Counted from the stretch's first letter, positions 1 to 11,075 are shown. The stretch: 64,000 nt of DNA from Bacteroidales bacterium (GCA_030673645.1 DAOVIO010000008.1:487-64486), one strand, 5' to 3'. Translations and numbers: made by a program. Notes: generated by a model from the sequence alone, not told the origin.

Positions 1-592
1 GTATAAAAAGTTCATCAATAAATTGCGTATGTGTGTATCCATAATATTTTTCTGCAGCTTTATTCGCATCTAGGATATTCCCGCTTTTGGGATTAATAAG
101 AAGCATAACTGCATGACTATTAGTAAATAGTGTACGGAATCTTTCTTCGCTTTCAACCGTTTTCTCCTTTGCCAGAATTAGTTCTTTATTTGTTTTTATT
201 AATACTATTTGACTTTCCCTTAATGCAAGATGTGTTTTTATGCGTGCCAATAATTCTTCCTTCTCAAAGGGTTTGGATATATAATCAACAGCACCAAGTT
301 TAAAACCATTTAATTTGTCGGCTATTTTGTTAGCTGCTGTAAGAAATATAATAGGTATTTCAACTAATTTTTCTATTTGCTTAATTTGTTTACATACTTC
401 AAAACCATCCATTTCGGGCATCAATATATCCAGAAGAATGATGTCGGGAATATTATCTTCAAGAGAAGCAAGAGCAAGTTCGCCACTATTAGCTGAGAAA
501 GTATTATATCCTTCATCTTCCAACATTCTACACATCAATAAAAGGTTATTGTGATTATCGTCAATAACTAATATGTTTTTTTTCTTATTCAT
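1..592 (-). CDS. Response regulator (receiver domain followed by the start of a PAS-like region); its 3' end runs off the left edge of the window
   Basis: Manual reverse-strand translation from the ATG at 590-592: MNKKKNILVIDDNHNNLLLMCRMLEDEGYNTFSANSGELALASLEDNIPDIILLDILMPEMDGFEVCKQIKQ...AVDYISKPF...EERFRTLFTNSHAVMLLINPKSGNILDANKAAEKYYGY. It has the receiver DD/D/K signature and then a PAS-like start. It is absent from the ORF track because it has no stop codon inside the window. Confidence 0.75.
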   Translation of the reverse strand, partial: MNKKKNILVIDDNHNNLLLMCRMLEDEGYNTFSANSGELALASLEDNIPDIILLDILMPEMDGFEVCKQIKQIEKLVEIPIIFLTAANKIADKLNGFKLGAVDYISKPFEKEELLARIKTHLALRESQIVLIKTNKELILAKEKTVESEERFRTLFTNSHAVMLLINPKSGNILDANKAAEKYYGYTHTQFIDELFI

Positions 593-605
593 GAGTCCTG
601 GGAAT

Positions 606-2357
606 TTAATTTGAATTTAACAAACGGTATACCTCTGTATATTTCAAATTTTTTGTGTAATTTAATAAAGTTTGTCCTATTTCATAATCGTTTTCTTGAA
701 TTTGATTTATGACAAAATCGATTTGCTCGTTATTAAGATTTTTTATTGCTATTTTGAGGTTTTTAAGTATTTCCGGGTCTATATTTTTTAGCATATCAGG
801 AGTTAGCTTCCTTTCAGCAGCTTTGTCTACTGCTTTGTCGAATGTATATTTAATACCCAATTGCTCATTCAAATTTTTATATATTTCATGAAATTGATAT
901 GGTTTTTTCACGAAACTATCCATACCAACTGACATAATATTTTGGATTTCATCTTTAAAAACATGAGCAGAAATCCCAATTATTTTTACATCTTTTCCAC
1001 CTTCCAAATCCCGTATTTCTTTTGTCGCTTCCATACCATTCATAACGGGCATTCGGATATCCATCCATACTAAATGAGGATTCCATTTTTTAAAAAGCTA
1101 TACACCTTTTAAACCGTTTTCGGCAATTTGCACTTTAAGTCCTACATTTTCGTGAATACGTTGCAAAAGTAACCAGTTTTCCTTCTGGTCTTCTACAATA
1201 AGAATACGAAAATGAGATTGCCCTGGTGCAATTGATTTTACATTATTGAATTCATCATATTGAAGTAAAATATCGCTGCTACCATCAGTAATTAAAGGTA
1301 TTTTCACTAGAAATTTAGATCCTATTCCAATTTTACTCTCAACAGAAATTGTGCCTCCAAGTAATTCTGCATATTGTTTTGAGATTGTTAATCCCAGACC
1401 TGTTCCTGTTTGACCAGAAACATTGCTACCTTGAATGAAGGGCTTAAATATCTCAACTATATCTTTATTTTCTATACCACAACCAGAATCTTCAACTTCG
1501 AAAAATAGAAATTCTTGTTCGTTACAAAATTCTTTTTTTAGATAAAGAGTAATTACACCCTTGTCAGTAAACTTTATAGCATTACCAATAAGGTTAATTA
1601 GAATTTGCTCTAATTTTTGCTTATCTGTTTTTACATAGGATGGTAAGTTTTCCTGATAATCTATTTTTAGTTGCAAATTTTTAACATCTGCTTGTTGATG
1701 CATTATCTGTGTTATATTATAAATGATATTTTCGAGCCCAAATGATATTTCATTTTTAATTGTTTCTCCAGATTCTATTTTTGCGATATCCAATACATTG
1801 TTAATTAAGCTTAATAGATGTTCGCCACTACGATCAATAATTTTTAAATTTTCAAGTTCTTTTTCGGAAATATTTGTATTATTCTTCATAAGACGTGTAA
1901 AGCCAAGAATAGCATTTAATGGAGTTCTTAGCTCATGACTCATATTTGCCAAAAAATTACTTTTAGCCTTATTGGCTAATTCAGCTTTATCCTTTTGGAT
2001 ATTTGCCTTAATTTTTTGCTGACGCGAATACTCAGCTATTGCTGAAATTATGCTACAGTTAAGAAAAAATACAATCGCACTTATTGTTTCGATATTTCCT
2101 TCTATAAAAGGCATGTCAATAAATAAATGCCATTGAAAAATAACAATAAGAATAGTAAAAACTGATGTTAACATTCCGGAAAATAATCCTCCTAAAATTG
2201 CAGCAATCATTACCGCAGGATAAAAAGTAATCCAAACCACCTTGTCTTCAAGTGTACTTAGAAAGAACATACGGATTAAGGATGCAATAAGAACGGCAAT
2301 AATTGCAATTACTATACTTTGAATAATTTGTTTTTGCTTGATGTAGAATTGTAGCAT
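606..2357 (-). pseudogene. Hybrid sensor histidine kinase (TM region, HisKA, HATPase_c, receiver, C-terminal helical domain) interrupted by an in-frame TAG at 1098-1100
   Basis: ORFs 1098..2357 and 606..1064 lie in the same reverse frame. ORF 1098..2357 has the H-box SHELRTPLNAILGF and the G-boxes DSGCGI and GTGLGL, and ends ILIVEDQKENWLLLQRIHENVGLKVQIAENGLKGV. Reading through the stop gives ...NGLKGV*LFKKWNPHLVWMDIRMPVMNG..., which is one continuous receiver domain. Confidence 0.7.
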
Positions 2358-2399
2358 TTTTTTAATCTAAGCGATTAGTATGACTAAATATTTTGGATA

Positions 2400-2562
2400 C
2401 TTATTATTAATCTGATGGAAAAAGGAAAAATAGCTTCGCCATTCTTAAATTGTTTGAAGAATTTACATTTCAAGGGATTACTTTCATTAAAAGAGCTTCG
2501 GCCGATTCTTTTGAATAAGGATTATCGTCAATAATTAATATGACTGGAGTATTTTTTGACAC
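2400..2562 (-). pseudogene. Short degraded fragment of a response-regulator receiver N-terminus
   Basis: The reverse strand reads VSKNTPVILIIDDNPYSKESAEALLMKVIP*. A shifted frame then gives ..FKNGEAIFPF... This is receiver-like (IIDD, NG-EA) but truncated and frameshifted. Confidence 0.3.
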
Positions 2563-2681
2563 AATTAGTCTGATTTTATCGTAAATTACAGAATTATTTA
2601 CAAAAATCAAAAGTCAAAATAGATTTTCAAGATAAGAGAGTTGGCAATTATTATGACGTTAACTTGTTATATATTTACCTA

Positions 2682-5339
2682 TTACTGAATAATTAGTTTT
2701 TTATGATAGATTTTCTCATCATTACCAACAGACAAATAGTAAATACCATTGTCAAAATTCTCAATGTTAAGTTTTATGGCTTCTCCGGGTTGATGTACAT
2801 GATTCTCATAATAGACCATTTTGCCTAAAGCATCAAAAATGTGAAGGTTTAGTATTTCCTCAGAATTTCCAGGAAGAGTAATTTCAAATATACCAGTACT
2901 CGGATTCGGAAAAATATTTAAAGGATTTTCTGTATTGAATATTTCGTTTCTTTCTTCAATCCCTAGTGGATAATCCCAAAATATAAAAGAAAAATATCCC
3001 TCAACGCCTCCGGCACTTCCATCAACCTGCAGGAAATATCGCTCACCTGGAATTACAGCGACATTTTCGAGAGCAGCTGCATATGGTTCTACATCATAAT
3101 AATCATCGAAAGCAGCAACCATTTCATAACCTGTAGGGCTGAAAATACTATCACATGCATCAGCTTTGTATAAGGCTAGCTGTGTATCCATACCCGGAGC
3201 ATCAATACTTATTATACCACGTTCAGGGCCAACAAAAGTAAACCAAACTGAATTTTGCAAACCACCTTCAACGCACCAGTGCATTGGTTCATCACATTCA
3301 CCTTCTGGAGGGTAGGGCTCATGGTCTTCTACAGTCGCGTTAATGTTGGTATATGGGCCTAAATGACCACCCCAGAGTATTTCTATTGCTTCGCAGACAT
3401 CATCATTAGGGGGATTATTTACAACATTAATTTTAACAGTAGTGCTACCACTGCAGTTACCTAAAGTTCCTGAAACAGTATAAACAATACTTTCGGTTGG
3501 TGAGGCAATAACCGGATTATCTGTTGTTGAACTTAGCCCTTCTGCTGGACTCCAGCTATAATTTTCAGCTCCAATGGCCGTTAAAGCAACTGACTTTCCA
3601 TTAACCAATAAAATTTCAGAATAAGGTAAAAATACATCAAGAGCTTCAACGACCTCAATGTAGCTTTTCTTTTCGAGTTTTTTTGTGCCATCGGGTCCGC
3701 TTATTTCCAGAAATATATCTTTTAATCCGGGACTGCTATATATTATCTTATGCGGACCCTTAGTATCAGCAGTGGCAGGACTAGCCCCTTTGCCAAAATC
3801 CCAAAGGTAATTTGTAACATCTCCATTAGAATTTTCAGTAAATTCTACTTCAGAACCTACACAAGTCAATACATTATTTGCATTAAAGAAAGGATTAAGA
3901 GTGGTATTACGGTTTGCATAAGCTCTAATGCATAAGTCAGCATCACGATATTCAATATCAGACCCCATAGCATCCCAATCAATTGCATCCTTACTTATCC
4001 ATGAAAAGCCTTCTTGATTTATTTCCGGGGCTGCATATGGTTCACCCTGATAAGAAATAGTAGTTTCTGCCGGGATTGGATAATTATAACCAGGAGTGTT
4101 ATATTTAACTTTAATATAATAATCGCCTTCCACTAGAGCCGCTATATCGAAAGTATAATAACCAGGAAACTTTACGATATTATTATAACTGGATGATATA
4201 AGATTCTCAAGTAATGAATCGCCCGTGAAATCATCATAAATTTCAATATCAATAAAAGTTCCACTTGAATTTATATAAGTTCCTATTTTGTTAATAAAAT
4301 GCTCTGCAGGAGCTTCATATTTTACAAGCCCGTAACCAATTTCATGCCTGAAACCGTATGAAGATGTTGCGCCTAGAAAATCTTCCATGTACAAAGTATC
4401 TACTTCATCCAGATTAATCCTTTCTGGAAATATAGCAGAAGATGACAAAAATCGCGTATCTTCATAGGCTACATAAAAGTATCCCCCAAGTCCCCATTCG
4501 GTTCCCCAACTGTTTTTTACTATCCAACCTCCGATTGTTTCAGATGGACTTTCAGCTCCTCCTCTTATAACTTTTTCGTCATCCCACCCTATAATCAGAA
4601 CAGCATGGTCTGGAGAATTAGTGCCACCATAAAAGAAAGTATAGTCCATAGAATTCATATAGGAATTCATATAATTACCACCAGTGTACATGGAAGCCGT
4701 TGCAGCTCCATTTTCATAAATTGCTTTTTTAACGATATTAACATCTTTTGGTAGCCATGTAACAGTTGGTACATAAGCAGGAATGGTTACACTTTCAGTC
4801 GGACAAGTTGCATATATATTCTTAGAATAGGGGTCGCTTGATTCCAAAACCGGTCCATCAAGCCTTGTGAGATATGCAGCAGCGATCAAATTATTTCCTC
4901 CTTCGTTAATACCAAATTCAAAACCATGGCATGTCCCCATATTTTCTTCAGAAAGATCAAAGCTACCGTGTCGATTAATTAACCAACTTGATTCAATAGC
5001 TCCTATACTGGCAAAAGTCCAGCATGAACCTAACGGATTCTGATCTTTTACAGAAGTAACACACCCCAGGTTTCTAAGATCGTATCTTAATGGAAGATCG
5101 GCAGTGCTTTTTTTTGAGTTAGGGACGGGTGACAGATATTCCTGATTGAAATTTAAATACAATGGACTCGGAATATATCCAAGGGAATTTTCATTCGTTG
5201 ATTTTTTATCTGTAATATTGTCATATTGCTTGGAGAATTTTACAAATTCCGGATTTAATGGTGCTCTTTCGGGTTTGTTTTGGGCATTAAGAATTGTAAT
5301 TATTGATATACCCACTATTGTTAGGAAAATATTTCTCAT
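2682..5339 (-). CDS. Secreted papain-like (C1 family) cysteine peptidase with a PKD-like domain, a Cys-containing pre-C-terminal domain and a T9SS C-terminal sorting domain
   Basis: Has a signal peptide. The catalytic Cys context is QNPLGSCWTFASIGAIES, the His is DHAVLIIGWDD, and KNSWGTEWGLGGYF follows. The PKD-like stretch is NYLWDFGKGASPATADTKGPHKIIYSSPG. The C-terminus (IFPNPSTGIFEI...GIYYLSV...KLIIQ) is typical of T9SS cargo. Confidence 0.85.
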   Translation of the reverse strand: MRNIFLTIVGISIITILNAQNKPERAPLNPEFVKFSKQYDNITDKKSTNENSLGYIPSPLYLNFNQEYLSPVPNSKKSTADLPLRYDLRNLGCVTSVKDQNPLGSCWTFASIGAIESSWLINRHGSFDLSEENMGTCHGFEFGINEGGNNLIAAAYLTRLDGPVLESSDPYSKNIYATCPTESVTIPAYVPTVTWLPKDVNIVKKAIYENGAATASMYTGGNYMNSYMNSMDYTFFYGGTNSPDHAVLIIGWDDEKVIRGGAESPSETIGGWIVKNSWGTEWGLGGYFYVAYEDTRFLSSSAIFPERINLDEVDTLYMEDFLGATSSYGFRHEIGYGLVKYEAPAEHFINKIGTYINSSGTFIDIEIYDDFTGDSLLENLISSSYNNIVKFPGYYTFDIAALVEGDYYIKVKYNTPGYNYPIPAETTISYQGEPYAAPEINQEGFSWISKDAIDWDAMGSDIEYRDADLCIRAYANRNTTLNPFFNANNVLTCVGSEVEFTENSNGDVTNYLWDFGKGASPATADTKGPHKIIYSSPGLKDIFLEISGPDGTKKLEKKSYIEVVEALDVFLPYSEILLVNGKSVALTAIGAENYSWSPAEGLSSTTDNPVIASPTESIVYTVSGTLGNCSGSTTVKINVVNNPPNDDVCEAIEILWGGHLGPYTNINATVEDHEPYPPEGECDEPMHWCVEGGLQNSVWFTFVGPERGIISIDAPGMDTQLALYKADACDSIFSPTGYEMVAAFDDYYDVEPYAAALENVAVIPGERYFLQVDGSAGGVEGYFSFIFWDYPLGIEERNEIFNTENPLNIFPNPSTGIFEITLPGNSEEILNLHIFDALGKMVYYENHVHQPGEAIKLNIENFDNGIYYLSVGNDEKIYHKKLIIQ

Positions 5340-5493
5340 ACTTAATAATTTTGTCTATCTCAATATTTTATTATGTAGTTTTAATAAGCAAATTTAATCA
5401 AAAAATGGTTCATGTGATTCAATGTTTGTGAATACCTAACAAATATTTAGAATTTAGTTTGACTTAAGATTAGTTAAATTTTTATAAAAAAGC

Positions 5494-5501
5494 TAATTTT
5501 G
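5494..5501 (+). promoter_or_regulatory. Candidate Bacteroidota -7 promoter box (TAATTTTG) upstream of secA
   Basis: Exact match to TAnnTTTG, 29 nt upstream of the secA ATG. No clear -33 TTTG was found. Confidence 0.35.
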
Positions 5502-5529
5502 CACCCCAACAAAACAAACTCTTAAAGAA

Positions 5530-8500
5530 ATGGGTATAGTAGATACTTTATTAGGAAAATTTCTAGGTAATAAGACTGAAAGAGACCTTAAAGAAATTCA
5601 GCCAATTGTAGATCAGATATTAGATGTATATCCGGATATTGAAAAATTAAGCGATAATGAACTTCGCGAAAAAACTTTTGAAATCAAAAAAAGAATTAAG
5701 GAGTTTGTCAGTAATGAAGAAAATGAGCGATTAAATTTGTCAAAAAAGTCTGAGGATAATCAGCTGGATGTTACTGAAAAAGAAAAAATTTATGAAAAAT
5801 CAGATAAACTTGAAAAGGAAGTTGATGACAAGTACGAAGAAGTTTTGAATCAGGTACTTCCTGAAGTTTTTTCAATAGTAAAAGAAACAGCACGTCGTTT
5901 TACTGAAAATAAAAGTCTTGAGGTTACTGCACTTGACTTTGATAAAGATCTTTCTGTTGAAGGGGATCATATTGAGATTAAAGGTGATAAAGCTATTTGG
6001 CATAACAAATGGATAGCGGGCGGGAATGAGATTTTATGGGAAATGATTCATTACGATGTCCAGCTATTTGGTGGTGTAGCTCTTCATAAAGGGAAAATTG
6101 CTGAAATGGCTACTGGTGAAGGTAAAACTCTCGCCGCAACCTTACCTGTATTCCTAAATGCTCTCTCCGGTAAAGGTGTTCATATAGTTACGGTAAACGA
6201 CTATTTGGCTAAAAGAGATGCTGAGTGGATGGGACCTATTTATCAATTCCATGGCTTAACTATAGATTGTATTGATAAACATCAGCCTAATTCTGAATCC
6301 AGACGGAAAGCCTATAATTGTGATATTACATATGGAACAAATAATGAATTTGGTTTTGATTATCTGCGCGACAATATGGCTTTAAGTCCGCAAGACCTGG
6401 TTCAAAGAAGACATAATTATTCGATTGTTGATGAGGTAGACTCTGTTTTAGTAGACGATGCCAGAACTCCGTTGATTATATCCGGGCCTATTCCCAAAGG
6501 TGATAAACAAGAGTTTCTTGAACTGAAACCCAGGGTAGAAAAGATTGTTGCGGCTCAAAGAAAACTCGTTAATGAAATTCTTGTTGAGGCAAAAAAACTT
6601 CTCAACAATGATGATACCGAAAAGGCTGGAGTAATGATGCTTAGAGCTCATAAGGGCTTCCCTAAGAATAAAGCTCTTATTAAATTTCTTTCTGAAGATG
6701 GGAATAAGACTCTTTTGCAAAAAACTGAAAATGTATATATGCAGGAGAATTCAAAAAGAATGCCTGAAATTACAAGTGAGTTGTACTTTATTATAGAGGA
6801 AAAACAAAATTCTATTGAATTGACTGATATCGGTATAGATCTTATTAGTTCCAGTGAAGAACCTGATTTTTTCGTATTACCAGATATTGGATCTGAAGTT
6901 GCAGATATCGAGAAATCTGAAAAAAACGAAAGTGAAAAGCTGAGAATCAAAGACAAGATGTTGCAGGATTATGCTGTAAAATCTGAAAGAGTTCATACAG
7001 TGAATCAACTTCTGAAAGCTTATGCTTTGTTTGAGAAGGATGTGGAGTATGTTGTAATTGACAGTAAAGTAAAAATTGTTGATGAGCAAACAGGACGTAT
7101 TATGGAGGGCCGTCGTTATTCAGATGGTTTACATCAGGCTATTGAAGCCAAGGAAAATGCAAAAGTAGAAGCTGCCACCCAGACTTTTGCTACAATTACC
7201 TTACAGAACTATTTTAGGATGTATCAAAAACTGGCTGGTATGACCGGTACTGCTGAAACAGAGGCTGGGGAATTATGGGATATCTATAAACTTGATGTGG
7301 TAGTCATTCCTACAAATCGGCCTATTGTCAGGGACGATAGGGAAGACCTTGTATATAAAACAAAAAGAGAAAAATACAATTCTGTTGGTGATGAAGTAGC
7401 CAATCTTGTAAAACAAGGGCGTCCTGTTCTCGTGGGTACTACTTCTGTTGAAATCTCCGAATTATTAAGTCGAATGCTTAAAATGAAAGGCATTTCACAT
7501 AATGTTTTAAATGCTAAATTGCATCAAAGGGAAGCAGATATTGTTGCTGAAGCGGGTAGAGCAGGAAACGTTACAATTGCTACAAACATGGCTGGTAGGG
7601 GAACCGATATAAAACTTTCGCCAGAGGTAGTTGAAGCAGGAGGGTTGGCTATTATTGGTACAGAACGTCATGAATCGAGAAGAGTCGATCGTCAGTTAAG
7701 GGGTAGAGCCGGTCGTCAGGGTGATCCTGGATCATCACAGTTTTATGTTTCACTGGAAGACGATTTGATGCGCTTATTTAGTTCTGAAAGAATTGCAGGA
7801 TTAATGGATAAACTAGGCCTGAAAGAAGGTGAAGTGATTCAACATTCAATGATTTCTAAATCTATTGAGAGAGCCCAGAAGAAGGTTGAAGAAAACAACT
7901 TTGGAATTAGAAAACGATTGCTGGAATACGATGATGTAATGAATTCCCAGAGAGAAGTTATTTATAAACGTAGAAAGCATGCATTATATGGGGAAAGGTT
8001 GTCAGTTGATATTGCAAATATGATGTATGATGTTGTTGAGAGTATAGTGAATCAATATCATGAAGAGGCAAATTATGAAGATTTCAATTTCGAGTTAATC
8101 CGTACACTTTCAATTGAAAGTCCGGTTGATGAAAAAGAATTCAGAAAAATGAATGCTTCAGACCTTATTGAACGACTACATGAACTTATTCTTAATACAT
8201 TCAAGCGTAAAGAAGAGGCAATTGCAAAACAAGCACAACCGGTAATTAAAGATGTTTACGAAAAACAATCTGCAATTTATGAAAATATCGTTGTTCCTGT
8301 TTCTGATGGATCAAGAATTTTTAGAGTAATTTCCAATTTGAAAAAAGCCTATGAGTCTGAGGCTATTGAAGTGATGAGAAGTTATGAGAAAACTGTTTCG
8401 CTCGCCACCATCGATGATAATTGGAAAGAACACTTACGAGAACTTGATGACCTTAAACAAAGTGTGCAGAACGCAAGTTATGAGCAAAAAGATCCATTGT

Positions 8501-8823
8501 TGATTTATAAGTTCGAATCATTCGGCTTATTCCAACAAGTAATCGATAAAGTGAATAAAGATGTGGTTTCTACTCTGATGAAAGGACATATTCCTATTTC
8601 TGATTCCAGCGGAGTGCAGAAAGCACAGGCTCCAAAGAGGTTGGATTTAAGTAAATTTGAAGCTAATAAGAATGAGACTCCAAAATATAATGATCCTTCA
8701 GGTGGCCCGGATTCAAAAAAATCACAACCTGTGAGAGTAGATAAAAAAACTGGGAGAAATGATCCATGTCCTTGCGGTAGTGGTAAGAAATACAAGAACT
8801 GTCATGGAAGATCAGGGGCTTAG
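5530..8823 (+). CDS. secA: Preprotein translocase ATPase SecA
   Basis: The 1097 aa protein has [20 protein letters not shown] (Walker A), [20 protein letters not shown] (DEAD-like), [12 protein letters not shown] and [16 protein letters not shown]. It also has the C-terminal zinc motif [14 protein letters not shown]. Confidence 0.97.
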   Translation: MGIVDTLLGKFLGNKTERDLKEIQPIVDQILDVYPDIEKLSDNELREKTFEIKKRIKEFVSNEENERLNLSKKSEDNQLDVTEKEKIYEKSDKLEKEVDDKYEEVLNQVLPEVFSIVKETARRFTENKSLEVTALDFDKDLSVEGDHIEIKGDKAIWHNKWIAGGNEILWEMIHYDVQLFGGVALHKGKIAEMATGEGKTLAATLPVFLNALSGKGVHIVTVNDYLAKRDAEWMGPIYQFHGLTIDCIDKHQPNSESRRKAYNCDITYGTNNEFGFDYLRDNMALSPQDLVQRRHNYSIVDEVDSVLVDDARTPLIISGPIPKGDKQEFLELKPRVEKIVAAQRKLVNEILVEAKKLLNNDDTEKAGVMMLRAHKGFPKNKALIKFLSEDGNKTLLQKTENVYMQENSKRMPEITSELYFIIEEKQNSIELTDIGIDLISSSEEPDFFVLPDIGSEVADIEKSEKNESEKLRIKDKMLQDYAVKSERVHTVNQLLKAYALFEKDVEYVVIDSKVKIVDEQTGRIMEGRRYSDGLHQAIEAKENAKVEAATQTFATITLQNYFRMYQKLAGMTGTAETEAGELWDIYKLDVVVIPTNRPIVRDDREDLVYKTKREKYNSVGDEVANLVKQGRPVLVGTTSVEISELLSRMLKMKGISHNVLNAKLHQREADIVAEAGRAGNVTIATNMAGRGTDIKLSPEVVEAGGLAIIGTERHESRRVDRQLRGRAGRQGDPGSSQFYVSLEDDLMRLFSSERIAGLMDKLGLKEGEVIQHSMISKSIERAQKKVEENNFGIRKRLLEYDDVMNSQREVIYKRRKHALYGERLSVDIANMMYDVVESIVNQYHEEANYEDFNFELIRTLSIESPVDEKEFRKMNASDLIERLHELILNTFKRKEEAIAKQAQPVIKDVYEKQSAIYENIVVPVSDGSRIFRVISNLKKAYESEAIEVMRSYEKTVSLATIDDNWKEHLRELDDLKQSVQNASYEQKDPLLIYKFESFGLFQQVIDKVNKDVVSTLMKGHIPISDSSGVQKAQAPKRLDLSKFEANKNETPKYNDPSGGPDSKKSQPVRVDKKTGRNDPCPCGSGKKYKNCHGRSGA

Positions 8824-8932
8824 GATTGTTTACTAACCGGATAATTAACACGCTAATAATTGAATATCAAAGAGTTGAAGTATTAGGTTGTATTTCAAAC
8901 GAAATGGAATGGTAGAGTTATCCTAAAAGGTT

Positions 8933-9736
8933 TCACAAATAAATATTAAAAGAAAGTCCGACCCTAAATGGATTAACAGAATGATTACCTGCCGGGTTGT
9001 CATATATCCAGCCCGGATTAAAAAGACTTATATATTTATCATAAATCACAGGACTTGAGATATCAGTAAAAATTGAAATACCAAAGACATCATCGCCTTC
9101 TTCATTTTCCTTTATAAGATCTATCCCTAATAGGTAAGAAAGTCCCAGTGCAGTTAAGTGTGAAGCTCCATAAGAATTGCTTCCATTGTTATTTGAGAAA
9201 TCTATCGCCGAAGAGTATGTTCCTCCTGTAATTCCAATCCACACATTAACATTCTGTATACTGTAATTGTATTTAATTGCAGCTCGAATAGCCACTACAT
9301 TGCTTGTACGGAGTACATCTTCATCAAAAATATCAGTAAATCTATCTGTATTCCCTGATTCTTCAAGTACCCAATCGGAAGTAGAGCGTTGGCCTTTTAG
9401 GGCTACATGTACAGAATTTGAATAATATCCGCTTAACAAGCCAATCTCAAAATTGCTTTTTGTCTTTTTTATAATTCCCAATTGAGCAAAGAATCCCGGA
9501 ATAACAACTTCCATGTCACTTTCTTTTACAAGATCAGGAGCATTCTCAGGAACCATTGGAACATTTACAATTGAAGGAATCTGATATCCACCCGCAAAAG
9601 TAAAATATGTTTTTTTAACTTTCTCTTTTGAAGGAACAATAACTGTAATGCCTTTTCCATCATCAATCTCTTGCTGTCCACTAGATTCTATGTAGCATGA
9701 GAAAGCTAATATGACTGAAAGAATTATTAATCTCAT
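8933..9736 (-). CDS. Hypothetical secreted protein, probably an outer-membrane beta-barrel
   Basis: Has an N-terminal signal peptide, alternating hydrophobic/polar strands and a C-terminal aromatic-rich end (RVGLSFNIYL). Confidence 0.55.
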   Translation of the reverse strand: MRLIILSVILAFSCYIESSGQQEIDDGKGITVIVPSKEKVKKTYFTFAGGYQIPSIVNVPMVPENAPDLVKESDMEVVIPGFFAQLGIIKKTKSNFEIGLLSGYYSNSVHVALKGQRSTSDWVLEESGNTDRFTDIFDEDVLRTSNVVAIRAAIKYNYSIQNVNVWIGITGGTYSSAIDFSNNNGSNSYGASHLTALGLSYLLGIDLIKENEEGDDVFGISIFTDISSPVIYDKYISLFNPGWIYDNPAGNHSVNPFRVGLSFNIYL

Positions 9737-9861
9737 GATTTTGTTTATTCAAACTTAGCTAATTCTGATGAAATAATATGAGTTGAACTAGTTTTTAAGT
9801 TCATTTCAAGACTTATAGATTATTATTGTTATTTTTATTTCTTGAATATTTCATAAACCTG

Positions 9862-9869
9862 TAAATTTG
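9862..9869 (+). promoter_or_regulatory. Candidate -7 promoter box (TAAATTTG)
   Basis: Exact TAnnTTTG match 23 nt upstream of the ATG at 9892. Confidence 0.35.
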
Positions 9870-9891
9870 AATTGTTCTTGAATTTAACAAA

Positions 9892-11022
9892 ATGAATAAA
9901 GAAGTAAAAGTAAAAATCAAAGATAAACTCCTTTATGTAGATGATAGTGAGCCAAATCTGGTTCTGTTTAGGGCCACTTTTAAGGATGAATATGATGTAT
10001 TTATTGCTGAATCTGCAAAAGAGGGTCTTGAATTACTTAAAGAGCATAAGTTTACTATTCTTGTAACAGATCAGCAAATGCCTGAAATGAAGGGTATTGA
10101 ATTCCTTGAGATTGTTGCAGCAGAGATTCCGGAAGTAATGCGATTTATTCTTACAGCATATTCAACCTTCGATGTTCTTGTGGAGGCAATTAATAAAGGT
10201 CTCATTTATGGCTATTTTAATAAGCCGTTAAAAGTAGAGGAGATAAAAGCTTCCTTTAAAAAGGCTCAGGAAGTATATTATTTGCGGAAAAATAATAAAA
10301 ATATGATTCTTGAGTTGGAAAGGGCAAATAATGAATTGTTGGAAATTGATAAGTCTAGGACTAAATACCTTAAGGAGACCACCAACCAGATTAGAAAGCC
10401 AATTAGTAAGATAATGAGCACCGTTCATATGCTTAAAGATCGGGTTGAGTCAAAAGATCTTAATGAACTGATTCCGTATCTCGATTCGGCAGTTTCAAAA
10501 CTAGAGAGCTTTGCTTATGCATCTGAACAGCTTTCATTATTAAGAGATGATACCATAAAGCTTAAATTTGAAAAAATTTCATTAAAGGAATTGGTCGAGA
10601 TTAGTATTATTGAAAATCGACCTGCCTTAAAGGAAAAAGAGATTAAAATAGATATAAGTGAAAAATTTGATAATATTTCAATAAATGGAGAATACAACCT
10701 GCTAACATATTGTTTATCAAGAGTTTTAATAAATTCAGTTTTGCATACGGAAAGTCAGGGTAATTTAATTATTAAGCTTGATAATATTGGGAATAATATC
10801 TTATGTGAATTTATTGATCCTGGGGAGAATTATACTGAAAAAGCTATTGAAGAATTAACTCATTTGTACAAAGAAAAATCCGAAATCTCTTCAATGAGTT
10901 CAGGAATAGAGACACTGCTAGTTGTTAATATTTTGCATGTTCATAAAGCTGAGATCAGTTTGAAGAAGAATGAAGATGAGACCTTTTCAACTATTTTGAC
11001 TTTTCCAGGTTTAAAAGCTTGA
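9892..11022 (+). CDS. Receiver domain fused to a degenerate histidine-kinase-like (DHp/CA) module that lacks the phospho-acceptor His
   Basis: The receiver is intact (LLYVDDSE, ILVTDQQMPEMKG, FILTAYS, FNKP). The position of the H-box SHELRTP reads TNQIRKP. The ATP-lid motifs are weak (FIDPGENY, SSGIETL). Confidence 0.8.
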   Translation: MNKEVKVKIKDKLLYVDDSEPNLVLFRATFKDEYDVFIAESAKEGLELLKEHKFTILVTDQQMPEMKGIEFLEIVAAEIPEVMRFILTAYSTFDVLVEAINKGLIYGYFNKPLKVEEIKASFKKAQEVYYLRKNNKNMILELERANNELLEIDKSRTKYLKETTNQIRKPISKIMSTVHMLKDRVESKDLNELIPYLDSAVSKLESFAYASEQLSLLRDDTIKLKFEKISLKELVEISIIENRPALKEKEIKIDISEKFDNISINGEYNLLTYCLSRVLINSVLHTESQGNLIIKLDNIGNNILCEFIDPGENYTEKAIEELTHLYKEKSEISSMSSGIETLLVVNILHVHKAEISLKKNEDETFSTILTFPGLKA

Positions 11023-11075
11023 TAATAATCAGAAAGTAAATTAGCAAGTAGGATTAAGCTCATAATAAAAGCGAT

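Noticed and set aside
315-554. Track ORF on the + strand (79 aa)
   Set aside because: It lies antisense to a clearly coding response-regulator gene (receiver motifs read on the minus strand). Its composition is the low-complexity mirror of that gene.
1098-1100. Genome-wide reassignment of TAG to a sense codon
   Set aside because: TAG terminates well-conserved proteins at their expected C-termini in this window (secA at 8821-8823, folD at 39792-39794, the binding protein at 23947-23949).
6448-7089. Three overlapping minus-strand ORFs inside secA, and similar antisense ORFs inside other long genes (e.g. 7284..7493, 8505..8851, 38084..38835, 52903..53289)
   Set aside because: They are shadow ORFs typical of AT-rich coding regions. 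The sense-strand proteins have unambiguous family motifs.
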